This document shows positions 1-9,613 of a stretch of 64,000 bases of DNA, piece by piece. Within the stretch, counting starts at the first letter, position 1. Each line of letters starts with the position of its first letter. The translations under genes and the position numbers were made by a program. The notes beneath the pieces are model-generated. The model saw only the letters and a list, made by a program, of their open reading frames with translations. It searched no databases and was not told the DNA's origin. Source of the DNA: a virus; the IMG/VR virus record IMGVR_UViG_3300007770_000007, positions 13,336-77,335 of that record; one strand, written 5' to 3'.

Positions 1-237
1 CCGTTCCCCCACCTTGGCTATGCCTGTGACGACGTAGACAAAACCCACTCCCGGCTGAAGACTTTCTTCGTAGATTCTTCTGGGTTGGGGGGTCCGGGGG
101 AGCCAGCACTCACCACAGATGCCTTCAAGAAAGCCCTTGCGGAGCTTTTGGAGGCAGAAGGCCCTCTTCTCTTGGCTCTCGAAGAGGTAGGACAGTTTCA
201 AGTCTATGTAGCGGTATGGCGGGCCAATGGCGTTTGA
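1..237 (+). CDS. Hypothetical protein, 5'-truncated (…PFPHLGYACDD…FVDSSGLGGPGEPALT…EVGQFQVYVAVWRANGV*)
   Basis: Frame 1 is open from the window start to TGA at 235-237 and overlaps the dnaX start; not in the ORF track. Confidence 0.6.
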   Translation, partial: PFPHLGYACDDVDKTHSRLKTFFVDSSGLGGPGEPALTTDAFKKALAELLEAEGPLLLALEEVGQFQVYVAVWRANGV

Positions 238-1621
238 TACCAAGTATCGACCTCTCACCTATGACGAGGTGCTGGGACAGGACGCCACAGTAGAGGTCTT
301 GCGCCAGTTCGTGCGTGAGGGTCGGGGCTTCCACCAATCCTATGTATTCTGCGGGCAACACGGCTCTGGCAAGACCACCTTGGGTCGCATCCTGGCCCGC
401 TCACTCCTTTGCGAGAACCCCCAAGAAGGAGGGCCTTGCGACTCTTGCACCTCTTGCATCTCTATTCTGGAGAAGGGTGCTTCAGAATGCTTTGTCGAAC
501 TCGATGCTGCCACGAAGTCAGGCAAGGCTGACGTAGCCAAGATTGTAGAGGACATCGGATACGCCACCTTTAGCGGTAAGCGGTGCATTTACCTCTTTGA
601 CGAAGCACACCGGCTTTCCAAGCAGGCGCTCGATGCGCTGTTGAAGCCGATGGAGGATTGTGTCCAGGGGGTCGAGGACAAACAGTTGGTGTGCATCTTT
701 GCCACCACAGAGCCAGACAAGATGCGCTCTACTATCTTTTCTCGATGCGCCCCGGCCTTCGTCATCAGGCAGGTGAGTTCCAAGGCCATTGGGGAGCGAT
801 TGGCACAGGTCTGTTCCCAGGAAGGCTTGGAGTATGAGTTGCCTGCCTTGGAGCTTATCGCTGACCACAGCGAGAGCCATATTCGTGACGCCCTCAAGAT
901 GGTCGAGGGCGTTTCTATGGTGGGGCCTGTAACCACCGCTGCGGTTTCATCGTATCTTCGCCTGGACGCTAACCAGTTGGTGTGGGACCTTCTCCAGAGC
1001 ATCAAGGCTGACTTGCCGATGGCGTTGCTCTCAGCCAAGACCTTGTCCGATGAGGTTTCCCCCTCCGTAGCCTACGAGCGCATCGCGGCAGCCGCTCTTC
1101 TGGCTTATGAGACAACGCTGGGGGTGGGGAAAGTTCCTCGCTACTGGGACGAGGAACAAGTGGCGGCATTGGGGTCTTCTTTAGGAGAGGGCCTGTTGCC
1201 TATCGCAGAGGTTTTCGCGGCCCCTCCCCGTCGCCCCACAAGGCGTTCCCTTGTGCTTGACGTTGCCCGTTCGCATCACGGGACCGGGGTCTTTGTGGCA
1301 GCCCCCGGAATCACGCCTGCCGCACCCTCTACACAACGGGAAGACTTGTCACTGTCAAGGGTGGGTACTGTTGACAGACGTAAGGAGTCTGCTCGTGCTG
1401 CCCACACCACTAAATCAGGGGTTTTCGTTGATCCTCGTGCTGTTGGAAGCGGTACAGGGGTCGGCAAGCAGCCGGTTTCACGGGACAAACCGCCTACTAT
1501 CAACGATTCAAGCGCCGCTCTTGAGCCGCATGTTTTCCAGACCATCCTTCAAGTCCGTCTGGCAGAGTTGAGGCGGCAACGTGGCAGATTCTCGGGACGA
1601 AACAACATGGGTGGTTCTTGA
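227..1621 (+). CDS. dnaX: DNA polymerase III gamma/tau-like clamp loader subunit
   Basis: KYRP…EVLGQ N-terminus, Walker A GQHGSGKTT, Zn cluster C…CDSCTSC, ELDAA, Walker B DEAH, FATTEPDK, SRC motif. Confidence 0.93.
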   Translation: MAFDTKYRPLTYDEVLGQDATVEVLRQFVREGRGFHQSYVFCGQHGSGKTTLGRILARSLLCENPQEGGPCDSCTSCISILEKGASECFVELDAATKSGKADVAKIVEDIGYATFSGKRCIYLFDEAHRLSKQALDALLKPMEDCVQGVEDKQLVCIFATTEPDKMRSTIFSRCAPAFVIRQVSSKAIGERLAQVCSQEGLEYELPALELIADHSESHIRDALKMVEGVSMVGPVTTAAVSSYLRLDANQLVWDLLQSIKADLPMALLSAKTLSDEVSPSVAYERIAAAALLAYETTLGVGKVPRYWDEEQVAALGSSLGEGLLPIAEVFAAPPRRPTRRSLVLDVARSHHGTGVFVAAPGITPAAPSTQREDLSLSRVGTVDRRKESARAAHTTKSGVFVDPRAVGSGTGVGKQPVSRDKPPTINDSSAALEPHVFQTILQVRLAELRRQRGRFSGRNNMGGS

Positions 1622-2126
1622 ACTGACAAGGCTCGGGGAGCAGAAGGCAGAGGAGGGAGAGCTTCCTGTGCTGCTGCAAGACGCCCTGAATGTTGGAAAC
1701 GACTGGCCCGTGTTCGTTCCCTGCGTGGTCTACGAGCGTGACAACACGCGCATTGTCCTCAATATGATGGAGGGCTACGTTTTTGTCGCTGCCGGGTTAC
1801 CAGAGAGTACCTACATCGCTCTCGAACACGATTGCGCCTACATCCGTCAAGTGTTGTGTCACCACCAACAGGGTGGTGTGGCCGTTCTATCAACGATTCC
1901 TGATTCAAACCTTGACGAGATACGGGCCGGTCTTCGTAAAATGATCGCGGTGGAGATTGAAACGGGTATGCAGGTCGAGGTGGTGGACGGGCCATACGCG
2001 GGGTTGTCTGGAAACGTGGTAGAGCTTGAGGGGGACAATGCTCATGTCTACGTTGAGATGAGGTCCCTCAAGGCTATACGGTCCATTCCTCGCACCGTAC
2101 TTCGGCCTAAAACAGCAAACGGGTAG
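1581..2126 (+). CDS. NusG/RfaH-family transcription elongation/antitermination factor
   Basis: NGN-like N-terminus (WVVL…VFVP…GYVFV) and C-terminal KOW motif GMQVEVVDGPYAGLSGNV. Confidence 0.85.
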   Translation: MADSRDETTWVVLELTRLGEQKAEEGELPVLLQDALNVGNDWPVFVPCVVYERDNTRIVLNMMEGYVFVAAGLPESTYIALEHDCAYIRQVLCHHQQGGVAVLSTIPDSNLDEIRAGLRKMIAVEIETGMQVEVVDGPYAGLSGNVVELEGDNAHVYVEMRSLKAIRSIPRTVLRPKTANG

Positions 2127-2133
2127 GTGGCGA

Positions 2134-2748
2134 ATGTCGAGTAGTTATTGGTGCGGACATAAGATTTTAGATCCGCAAGACATGGAGCGTCAGTTCTCCA
2201 CGGAGGACAGTCTGGCTCACCTTGACTGCACCGGCACCGAGTACATGTCGGAGAGCCGCACCTCCCAGTTGGCCGAGGTTCGCGCCGTTCTCGACTCCAT
2301 CCCTCCCAGGGAAGCAGATTTCGTTGAACTGTATTTCTTCAAGCGGGTTCGGCAGACGGCTATCGCAGACATCTTCAATGTCTCACAGCCCACGGTCTGC
2401 TATCGGCTCCAGCGTGCAGCGGCCCGAATCAAGTATCTTTTGGGTCTTCCTGAACATGATTTGGGCGAGATGCGCGTGGAACTCTCGAAGGTTCTCGGTG
2501 ATCCGGTCGATGTTGACGTCATGATCGGGATGGTCGAGACCACTTGCCAGAGCGAGGTAGCCAAGAGGATGGGGGTTTCCCAAGGCTTTGTCCGTCATCG
2601 CTTCCTCCGCACAATCGCTGCTTTGGAGCAGATGCCGGGGATGGACGGGTACGTTGCTGTGTTCAAGCATGTGTCGGGGAACTTGAACATTCTTCGCGAG
2701 GTACAGCGGGCCAAGTGGTCTGAACCGGTGATTTACTTGGTTACCTGA
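2134..2748 (+). CDS. Sigma-70 region-4-like protein with two HTH motifs
   Basis: LDSIPPREADFVELYFF…QTAIADIFNVSQPTV…RLQRA and a second HTH QSEVAKRMGVSQGFVRHRF. Confidence 0.7.
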   Translation: MSSSYWCGHKILDPQDMERQFSTEDSLAHLDCTGTEYMSESRTSQLAEVRAVLDSIPPREADFVELYFFKRVRQTAIADIFNVSQPTVCYRLQRAAARIKYLLGLPEHDLGEMRVELSKVLGDPVDVDVMIGMVETTCQSEVAKRMGVSQGFVRHRFLRTIAALEQMPGMDGYVAVFKHVSGNLNILREVQRAKWSEPVIYLVT

Positions 2749-2809
2749 TCTCGGTGTTCCTCTTATTGAGCATGTCCCGTGAAGGGCGCGTTCCTTCGGA
2801 GGACAAGTT

Positions 2810-3124
2810 ATGCCGAAGTCAAAACCTTCTCACCGCCGCGTGGCTATGGCGAAGCGGCTGGCGCGAAGATGGATCAAGGCCAACGTGCGCCCCGAGTACC
2901 GGATCACCGTGTACATGGGTCCCAAGGGTCTTCGCAATCTTCCGGGACTCCTCCGTTCTTTCCGTGATGGCAAGATCAAGGTTGGATCTGTAGACCCTGT
3001 TCGCGATCTCGGAGTCAAAGCCGGGTTTGATCATGTTGAACTTTGGTCAGCTAACCGTGAAGGGCTTGTCGAGTTGGACGAGTGGCTTCAGGCGGTGGGC
3101 TGTGAAACAACTGGCGTTTGGTAG
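2810..3124 (+). CDS. Hypothetical protein (N-terminal basic helix RRVAMAKRLARRW)
   Basis: GGAGG RBS; downstream of a CGGTG-N7-TAT motif. Confidence 0.7.
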   Translation: MPKSKPSHRRVAMAKRLARRWIKANVRPEYRITVYMGPKGLRNLPGLLRSFRDGKIKVGSVDPVRDLGVKAGFDHVELWSANREGLVELDEWLQAVGCETTGVW

Positions 3125-3132
3125 GGGGGATC

Positions 3133-3561
3133 ATGGCTGCCGCATTGGTTCTTTCGGAGTTTAGTTACACGTCTGGGTCTGCTTCGGACCAGTACCTATT
3201 CACGGTCGTTTCCGACTCCCAAGGCAACCTTTCAGTGCGCGACATCCAGAATGCTTACGGCATGGTGGTAAGTCCGTACTCCCGTATCCCCAAATCCGTT
3301 GAAGACGACATTCATTCCGCAATCTCACAGGTGGAGGCGCTAATGGCTGCTACATCCGCAGTGAACGGCACTCTCACGTTCACTGATTCGCACGAAGAAA
3401 CCTTCACGTTTGTAGAGGCCATGACGGACGCGCACTACCGCGTCGTGCTTTCCAGTGACGCCTTTGTTCCGTTGCGGATTAGTGCCCAGACGACCACAAC
3501 TTTTACTGTCCAAGCCGGTGCCGACTTTTCAGGCACTGTGGGCTTCGACGTGTTCGTGTGA
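3133..3561 (+). CDS. Virion structural protein with C-terminal beta module
   Basis: ATG at 3133 after GGGGGA; Thr/Ser-rich; C-terminal module resembles that of 3570..5141. Confidence 0.6.
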   Translation: MAAALVLSEFSYTSGSASDQYLFTVVSDSQGNLSVRDIQNAYGMVVSPYSRIPKSVEDDIHSAISQVEALMAATSAVNGTLTFTDSHEETFTFVEAMTDAHYRVVLSSDAFVPLRISAQTTTTFTVQAGADFSGTVGFDVFV

Positions 3562-3569
3562 GGTAGAAG

Positions 3570-5141
3570 ATGGCTCAACCCCCTTGGCTTGTAGATGTTC
3601 TCCAGATTGAACCTGGGTCTGGAGACACCATCACCATTGACCGTGACTCCACTGACGGAGCCATGCAGTTTGTCGATGCGGTGGTCACGTCTGGTGTCCT
3701 GCTCCCGAATCTTGTTGGAATCCGTAACATCACGGGAGTCTTCGTCGTGGGCCGTGCCGGTGACGGCGCTGCTTATACAACGGTCCAGTCAGCGTTGGAT
3801 GCTATCCCTGCCTCTTCCACTGCTTTGGTGCCCTCCCTCGTCCTGGTGATGCCGGGGGTCTACACGGAAGATTTGACCCTTACGCGGGACGGCGTTTACA
3901 TCGTCGGTCTTGGCGGGGCCAAGCTGGTGAATCTTACAGGGACCCACACCCTGACCATCAAGGCTGAATCAACCTCGACCCCGCAGAACGTGCTGCTCAA
4001 GGGCTTGGAGATTGAGAACACCCATGCGGGAGATGCCTGCGTCTATGTTCTCGGGGCTGATACTTTCGCCTCTGGGACTGTCGATGTAGACAACGCACCG
4101 CTTACGGCAGGAGACACCATCACTGTGGGAGGCGTGGTTCTCACAGGAGTTTCTGGAACCCGGACCTCCGGTTCCGATGATTTCTCGGTCAACGGCGCTA
4201 CCACTGACATCATCGCTGCCGAGATTGCTGAAGCGGTCATGGATAGCGCGAACAGCTTCACTGATGTTGTGACCGCGACCTCTGCTCTGAACGTGGTGAC
4301 ATTCACCGCTGTAACGGCAGGCGTTACGGGCAACGCGATCACTTTGGCGGTATCCGTAGCAGTGCCGTTGGACTTGGTTCCCTCTGGCGCAACCCTGGCG
4401 GGAGGCGGTTCCTCCGGGAACCTTGTGGCAAACGGTGCTTTGACCATTGAGGATTGTGTCCTGGTTGCTTCAGGAGCGGGGTGCTTCCAGGTCAACGCAG
4501 ATACCGCGAACCATATTCGAGTGCGCGGTGGAACCTTCCGAGGTTCGGCTGCTACGTCCGTGTTTCAGGCATCCAATACGGCCCAGGTTTTGTTGGAAGG
4601 TGTCGAGTGGACAAATGATTTCCAACTCGCTTACGACAACACCCTGGATCAACCCAACGACACGACCTCCGAGTATCAGATTTTGAACTGTGGCCGTATC
4701 CATGACCTCTCTTGCAATCTGGTTGGTCTGGGTTCCCTCACTATTTCCAACTGCCCCGACATCAGCGTGCTGGCCCAGGATGGTGACCAAACCTTGGCTC
4801 TCAACAACTGTGTGGTGGGCGGGGCTACAACTCTTGGGACTACTACAGCAGCTACGTTCCGCAATACGGAACGAGGAACCCTGGCGATTTCTGGGGGGAC
4901 CCCTACCCTCGCAGAGTCCCGGATCATTGGATCCCAGGCGTTTGTTGCCTCGGCTTCCGAGACAATCACTTTCGACATCCCCCAGCCTGACGCGCTCTAC
5001 ACCGTTGTTTCAGAACAGCCAGGGGGAGGCGTCGTGGGGGTTCAGAACAAACTTGCTGCATCATTTGATTTGGCCGAGGTAGCAGGCCCCGCGACACCGA
5101 TAACCGCGACCGTCAACTACGTCGTGCTTCGAGATATTTAG
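3570..5141 (+). CDS. Fibre/spike-like structural protein
   Basis: YTTVQSALDA…VLVMPGVYTE (entry motif of beta-helix proteins), Gly/Thr/Ala-rich, sheath-like beta insertion. Confidence 0.6.
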   Translation: MAQPPWLVDVLQIEPGSGDTITIDRDSTDGAMQFVDAVVTSGVLLPNLVGIRNITGVFVVGRAGDGAAYTTVQSALDAIPASSTALVPSLVLVMPGVYTEDLTLTRDGVYIVGLGGAKLVNLTGTHTLTIKAESTSTPQNVLLKGLEIENTHAGDACVYVLGADTFASGTVDVDNAPLTAGDTITVGGVVLTGVSGTRTSGSDDFSVNGATTDIIAAEIAEAVMDSANSFTDVVTATSALNVVTFTAVTAGVTGNAITLAVSVAVPLDLVPSGATLAGGGSSGNLVANGALTIEDCVLVASGAGCFQVNADTANHIRVRGGTFRGSAATSVFQASNTAQVLLEGVEWTNDFQLAYDNTLDQPNDTTSEYQILNCGRIHDLSCNLVGLGSLTISNCPDISVLAQDGDQTLALNNCVVGGATTLGTTTAATFRNTERGTLAISGGTPTLAESRIIGSQAFVASASETITFDIPQPDALYTVVSEQPGGGVVGVQNKLAASFDLAEVAGPATPITATVNYVVLRDI

Positions 5142-5150
5142 AGGTAAGCC

Positions 5151-6152
5151 ATGAGCAACTTTTGGGACAATACAGGCATCTTCACCGGGACAATCCCGAG
5201 CGCCATTGACCGACACCTTTCCGAGAAGGTGTCAGGCCAGAGTTTTGATTCGGTGCGGGATCTCACGGATGTTTCCAGGGCGGCCAATGCGCTTCCTCTG
5301 AGCACTGAAGCAGGAACCAAGGTGTCCTTTACAGGCGGCCTTGGCGCGTACATGACTTACGAAAACCCGCCTCCAAAGGGTGCTATCGGTGAAGTTGTGA
5401 ACGTCAAATCAGCCAACGGTGACATCACCAATCATGACGGCAAAGTCTTCGTGCAGTGGGATGATGGTAAGTTTCGGGCCATTCATGCGGAACACTTGCG
5501 ATTGGCGAAACAGGGCAAGACCGCAAAGGATTTTGCCTCTATGGATACGGGGGAACTGGGCAAGGCGGTTGCAAAGAAGTTCCCCAAGGCATTCTTCAAC
5601 AAGAAGCAGCAGATGTGGGATCTCGGGGATGGTCGCATGGTCATGTTTGTCAAACACGGGGACAAGAACACCATTGATGTTTGGACTTCGGATAAACGCC
5701 CCAAGAAAATCAAAATGGACATCAGCATTGGCTCCGTGGGGGATGCTGTATCTGCGCTGAAGAAACACAAAGCCGCCTCTGATCTCAAGGCTGACTTCGA
5801 GAAGATCAAGGCCCTGGTCAAGAAGAAGCCTGACAGCAAGTTCTTGAAGGGCTTGCTGAAGCAGATGGCTGACAAGGGTTTCGCCCCTACTGACAAGCAA
5901 ATGGCCGTGGTGCAGAAGATCGAGAAAGAGATCGGGCAGATGGCCGAGATGCAGAAGGAACTGAAGTCGCTCGGCAAGGCGGCCAAGACGATCCGCGTGT
6001 CGAACTTGGGCAACCTCACGGATTTCCTCAAAGCTGCGGACGGGCATCTGGTCCACAAGAGCACCAATGATCTGTGGTCCGTGACCGCCGACGGTGAGGG
6101 TTTCCTTATTGAACGCCTCTTCGATGACGAAGGGCAACCCCTCAAGGGATGA
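5151..6152 (+). CDS. Hypothetical multi-module protein, candidate head-internal protein
   Basis: GAGG RBS; modules separated by KTAK, KAAS, KAAK motifs. Confidence 0.65.
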   Translation: MSNFWDNTGIFTGTIPSAIDRHLSEKVSGQSFDSVRDLTDVSRAANALPLSTEAGTKVSFTGGLGAYMTYENPPPKGAIGEVVNVKSANGDITNHDGKVFVQWDDGKFRAIHAEHLRLAKQGKTAKDFASMDTGELGKAVAKKFPKAFFNKKQQMWDLGDGRMVMFVKHGDKNTIDVWTSDKRPKKIKMDISIGSVGDAVSALKKHKAASDLKADFEKIKALVKKKPDSKFLKGLLKQMADKGFAPTDKQMAVVQKIEKEIGQMAEMQKELKSLGKAAKTIRVSNLGNLTDFLKAADGHLVHKSTNDLWSVTADGEGFLIERLFDDEGQPLKG

Positions 6153-6160
6153 GCCTTGTA

Positions 6161-6175
6161 CGGTAGAGCGCCTAT
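6161..6175 (+). promoter_or_regulatory. Class B (late-type) motif CGGTA-N7-TAT
   Basis: cggta-gagcgcc-tat; one of 18 intergenic copies. Confidence 0.7.
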
Positions 6176-6198
6176 TCTGTTCTGTTTCGTAGGAGAGT

Positions 6199-7455
6199 GT
6201 GCCCATGCGCCCTGACCCAGCACGCATCGCGAAAGCCCATACCCGCAAGCAGCGGCTTGGTGCGTCTGCTGACGGCCAGAAGACGGCTTCCATGTCCCGC
6301 ACTGCTGGTGAGGTTCGCTTCATCAAGGACCGTGGCGGTGACAAGAACGAGTGGGGTTGGGGAAGCCCTGGTCCCAGCGAGCGCCAAATCACGTCCGACT
6401 TCGTGTTTGATCCCAAGTACCTGAAGCCCCTGGCAACGACGATGCGCTCTGCGCTTATGGCTCTGGGCCATGTTTCGTCTGCTCACGACCGCTTTCTCAA
6501 GATCAAGAGCCGCGACGTTAGCCCTGACGGCAGCCTTGGCGGTAAGGGGTACATCCAGAAAGTTTCCGAGATGCGTCGGCAGTTGATGAACTGTTCCGAG
6601 GCCCTGTCTGCTTTCACCGACACCATCTATGACGAGATGGCAGCCCCTCACTGGGATCCTGCCGAGGACACTCTTGATCCGCGTGATCGGGATGAGGTTC
6701 GGGAGATCGTTGAGGAAGCCGAAGAAATCCGAGAGGACCCCACCGGCTGGGCCGACGAGGAAGAGGAAGACGAGTTCGGCAAGACCGCTGGTACTTTGTC
6801 CTATCGGGGGGACACCCCGCTCGATAAAGCGTATGCGATGACGGATCTTCTCATTGAGCTTGGAAAAGACCTCCCCACCGGATCTTCCCGAAGCCGGGAG
6901 TTCAAAGCAGTCAAGACTGCCCTCCGAAGCCTGGAGGGGTTTGTGAAGGGCATTGGTTCGGACACTCCAAGGCCACGCGCAGCCCAGACGGTTCGCCGCA
7001 AGACGGCTGCATGGGCAGGCATCGACTACATGCGCGGAGATGACCGCTGGACTCTTGGCAAGGCGGTTGAGAGCCGTCGTGTTCGAGTCCCTTCTGGTTA
7101 CGAGTTGGTTTCAGAGCCGGGAAAGGTCGTGCTTTTCAACTGGGGCGTCTTGGACGAGGGGGCCACCGCAGAGTTTCGATTCATGCCCGATGGCACGAAC
7201 ATTCAGTTCATTATCGACGGGTATAACGACAAGCGTTCGCCCGGTTTGGTTCGGCACAGGTGGGTCGGCAACCCTGTCGATGACGCGGTCCTTATTGAAA
7301 AGCATATCAAGAAGTACATGCCTGCACTTGTGAAAGCAGTCTCGGACGACGAGGAGGACCTTCTTCGAGAAATCGAGAGGCGTCAGCGCATGGCAGGAAT
7401 CCCCGGAAGCACCGCCCGTGTGCTTGCACGGTTTATGGAGGTGAACGGTGAGTAG
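6199..7455 (+). CDS. Hypothetical multi-module protein, candidate head-internal protein
   Basis: AGGAG RBS; PDPARIAKAH at N-terminus, KTAS/RTAG/KTAG/KTAA motifs, C-terminal ARVLARF. Confidence 0.7.
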   Translation: MPMRPDPARIAKAHTRKQRLGASADGQKTASMSRTAGEVRFIKDRGGDKNEWGWGSPGPSERQITSDFVFDPKYLKPLATTMRSALMALGHVSSAHDRFLKIKSRDVSPDGSLGGKGYIQKVSEMRRQLMNCSEALSAFTDTIYDEMAAPHWDPAEDTLDPRDRDEVREIVEEAEEIREDPTGWADEEEEDEFGKTAGTLSYRGDTPLDKAYAMTDLLIELGKDLPTGSSRSREFKAVKTALRSLEGFVKGIGSDTPRPRAAQTVRRKTAAWAGIDYMRGDDRWTLGKAVESRRVRVPSGYELVSEPGKVVLFNWGVLDEGATAEFRFMPDGTNIQFIIDGYNDKRSPGLVRHRWVGNPVDDAVLIEKHIKKYMPALVKAVSDDEEDLLREIERRQRMAGIPGSTARVLARFMEVNGE

Positions 7456-9610
7456 CGACAAGCCCCTCGATGTTTTGGGGGAGAGTCACCTTCCGGCTGA
7501 CCTCCTCACCCCTACCCTTGGCTCCAACTACGGTATGCCTGGGTTTGAGGACATGCACTACAACCAAGGCGTCCTTGAAGGCGTCCTGGATCCCGAGTTG
7601 ATGCCTCCTCCCGCGTTGCCTACTGGGCTGGAGCGCGTTGCTGAATCAGACATGGGCGTCCAGGAGATGATGAAGGAGGCCGAGTTGGCCGACCTGTCTT
7701 GGCTTGCCGATGCAGAACAAGACCCCGAGCGTCTCCCCCAGAACCCGGTTGATTTGGGAATCCCGGAACTTGAGGAAGCCTGGGGCGTTGATCGCCGCAC
7801 TAACGGTATCCAGGTGTTCTCTACGGATCTTGCCCACGCCAAGGCGTCGGCCCCTGACACGCGCCTCCCCATGAATGAACGCGACTTGTCGGACATTCTG
7901 GTTACGGCCATGCGGCGCTCTGCGGCTGGTGAGGACATCAGCCTGATCATCGAACAGTCCCGAATCGCCGCTGGCGTGGATGCAGATCGAATCGAGAAGG
8001 GGCTTTCCATTATCCGCAGCGAGCATGGTCTTGCAGGAAAGGTCTTTGTTCGTGCCGCCGCATACCCCTCTTATGAAAAGGGGAAGTACCGCGACGAGAT
8101 TCTGAAGGCCGCCAAGGGAGCCGAGTACATCCTTGTCTCGGGCCAGGACTTTGGTTCTACTCATATCCAGAACGGTCGCTGCACTGTAACGGGCAAGAAG
8201 GCCGTCCTTGAGGTTCCTTGGAGCAAGGCCCTGTCTCACTACAAGCCTTTGTTGCTTGCTACGGGGCATCGGGTAGCTACGGACGTTCCAGCAAAGGATG
8301 CCCTCCGGGCCGCCTTTCTTGCACCGACCTCGTTGCCGGTTGCACGCGGTGAGCGTCTTCCTCGTTACAAGGCTGTATGCGATACGGTTTCTTCTGAAGA
8401 GGCTGCGGCAAGCCTGAAGGCCGCCGACAACACTCCCACGGAAGTCCAGGTGACAGACGCCGTGTTGAATCGACGGCTTCAACTCTGGAAGCAGAGCAAT
8501 ATGATTGACTCTGACTTGGTTGAGCAGATTCAGGCTGCCGATCTGACGCCGAACCAGAAGTTGGCCCGTGCTCTCGATGCGGTGAACGCTCGTCGTAACG
8601 GGACCTCTGGTTTCACGGGTGCCCCTAACACCGCCGTTGAGGCGGCCCAGAAGCGCCAGCATCTCCGTCTTGTCCGTAAGGACCACGCCAAAGAGGCTTC
8701 TGAAGCACGGCTCCGAGAAATCGTCGCTTTCCGAAACTCCGATGATCTGGACCAGCGCATCGCAAAGGTCATTGAGAAGATCGAGCAGGGCGCACGCGGT
8801 TCTTACCTCAAGTCCTTTATCAACAAGGTGATTCCGCAGAAGTTTGCTGCTGAAGCAGTGCGTCGGCTGCGTCCAACATTGGAAAAGACCGGTGCCCTCG
8901 AAGAAGAGAGCAAGGCCGCTTCCTATGATGGTCATGTTTACGAACGTGCCCCCGAGGTGCGGGAGGCTGTGGAGCTTTCTGATAAGGACGCGGCGCTCGC
9001 CAAGGCTGCTTCTGATGGTGATGTTTCTGTTTCGGAGATCAAGGGTGTCCTCAAGTGGGCCTCTCGTCATATGTCCCAAGGGTCTGCCGGAAGTGAGCTT
9101 ACTGAACTGCTTCGTCATCGTTTCTCGAACCGGATCCTCAAGTCTGCTTCGGGATTGATTCAGAGTATTCGCGACACCCACGAGGGCGCTGCTGGATTTC
9201 TCTACGTTGACTCCGAAGCCTACATGGCTCCCACAGGGGTGAAAGGTTGCGAGACAGGTGCCCTTCGTCATCGATCCAACCAGCTACCTGCTGTCCTGGC
9301 CAGTTCCCGGTGCCAAGGGTGTACCCGAGTTTGCACACTTTCCTGCGGCACGCGGAAGTGCAGCACCTACAACAAGGTGCTTCTGGAGCGTTCGGACCTT
9401 CCCGGAGACATCAAGTCCATCAAGAAGGCCAACATCACCGGGGCAGACCAGACGGATGCGGAAGGTATTGCTTCCCTGTTCGGCGCTACCTATGACCCGG
9501 ATGAATACAACCTTCGCAGTGCGGATTTCGAGGACGAGGTAGAACTGGCCCCGCTCCCCGAAAACGAGAAGATTGGTGAAATCGTCTTGGGTGGCTTCCT
9601 GTGGGAGTGA
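7448..9610 (+). CDS. Large hypothetical protein (Cys-containing; candidate prohead core protein)
   Basis: 720-aa ORF coupled to its neighbours in the head gene block. Confidence 0.65.
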   Translation: MSSDKPLDVLGESHLPADLLTPTLGSNYGMPGFEDMHYNQGVLEGVLDPELMPPPALPTGLERVAESDMGVQEMMKEAELADLSWLADAEQDPERLPQNPVDLGIPELEEAWGVDRRTNGIQVFSTDLAHAKASAPDTRLPMNERDLSDILVTAMRRSAAGEDISLIIEQSRIAAGVDADRIEKGLSIIRSEHGLAGKVFVRAAAYPSYEKGKYRDEILKAAKGAEYILVSGQDFGSTHIQNGRCTVTGKKAVLEVPWSKALSHYKPLLLATGHRVATDVPAKDALRAAFLAPTSLPVARGERLPRYKAVCDTVSSEEAAASLKAADNTPTEVQVTDAVLNRRLQLWKQSNMIDSDLVEQIQAADLTPNQKLARALDAVNARRNGTSGFTGAPNTAVEAAQKRQHLRLVRKDHAKEASEARLREIVAFRNSDDLDQRIAKVIEKIEQGARGSYLKSFINKVIPQKFAAEAVRRLRPTLEKTGALEEESKAASYDGHVYERAPEVREAVELSDKDAALAKAASDGDVSVSEIKGVLKWASRHMSQGSAGSELTELLRHRFSNRILKSASGLIQSIRDTHEGAAGFLYVDSEAYMAPTGVKGCETGALRHRSNQLPAVLASSRCQGCTRVCTLSCGTRKCSTYNKVLLERSDLPGDIKSIKKANITGADQTDAEGIASLFGATYDPDEYNLRSADFEDEVELAPLPENEKIGEIVLGGFLWE

Positions 9611-9613
9611 CCT

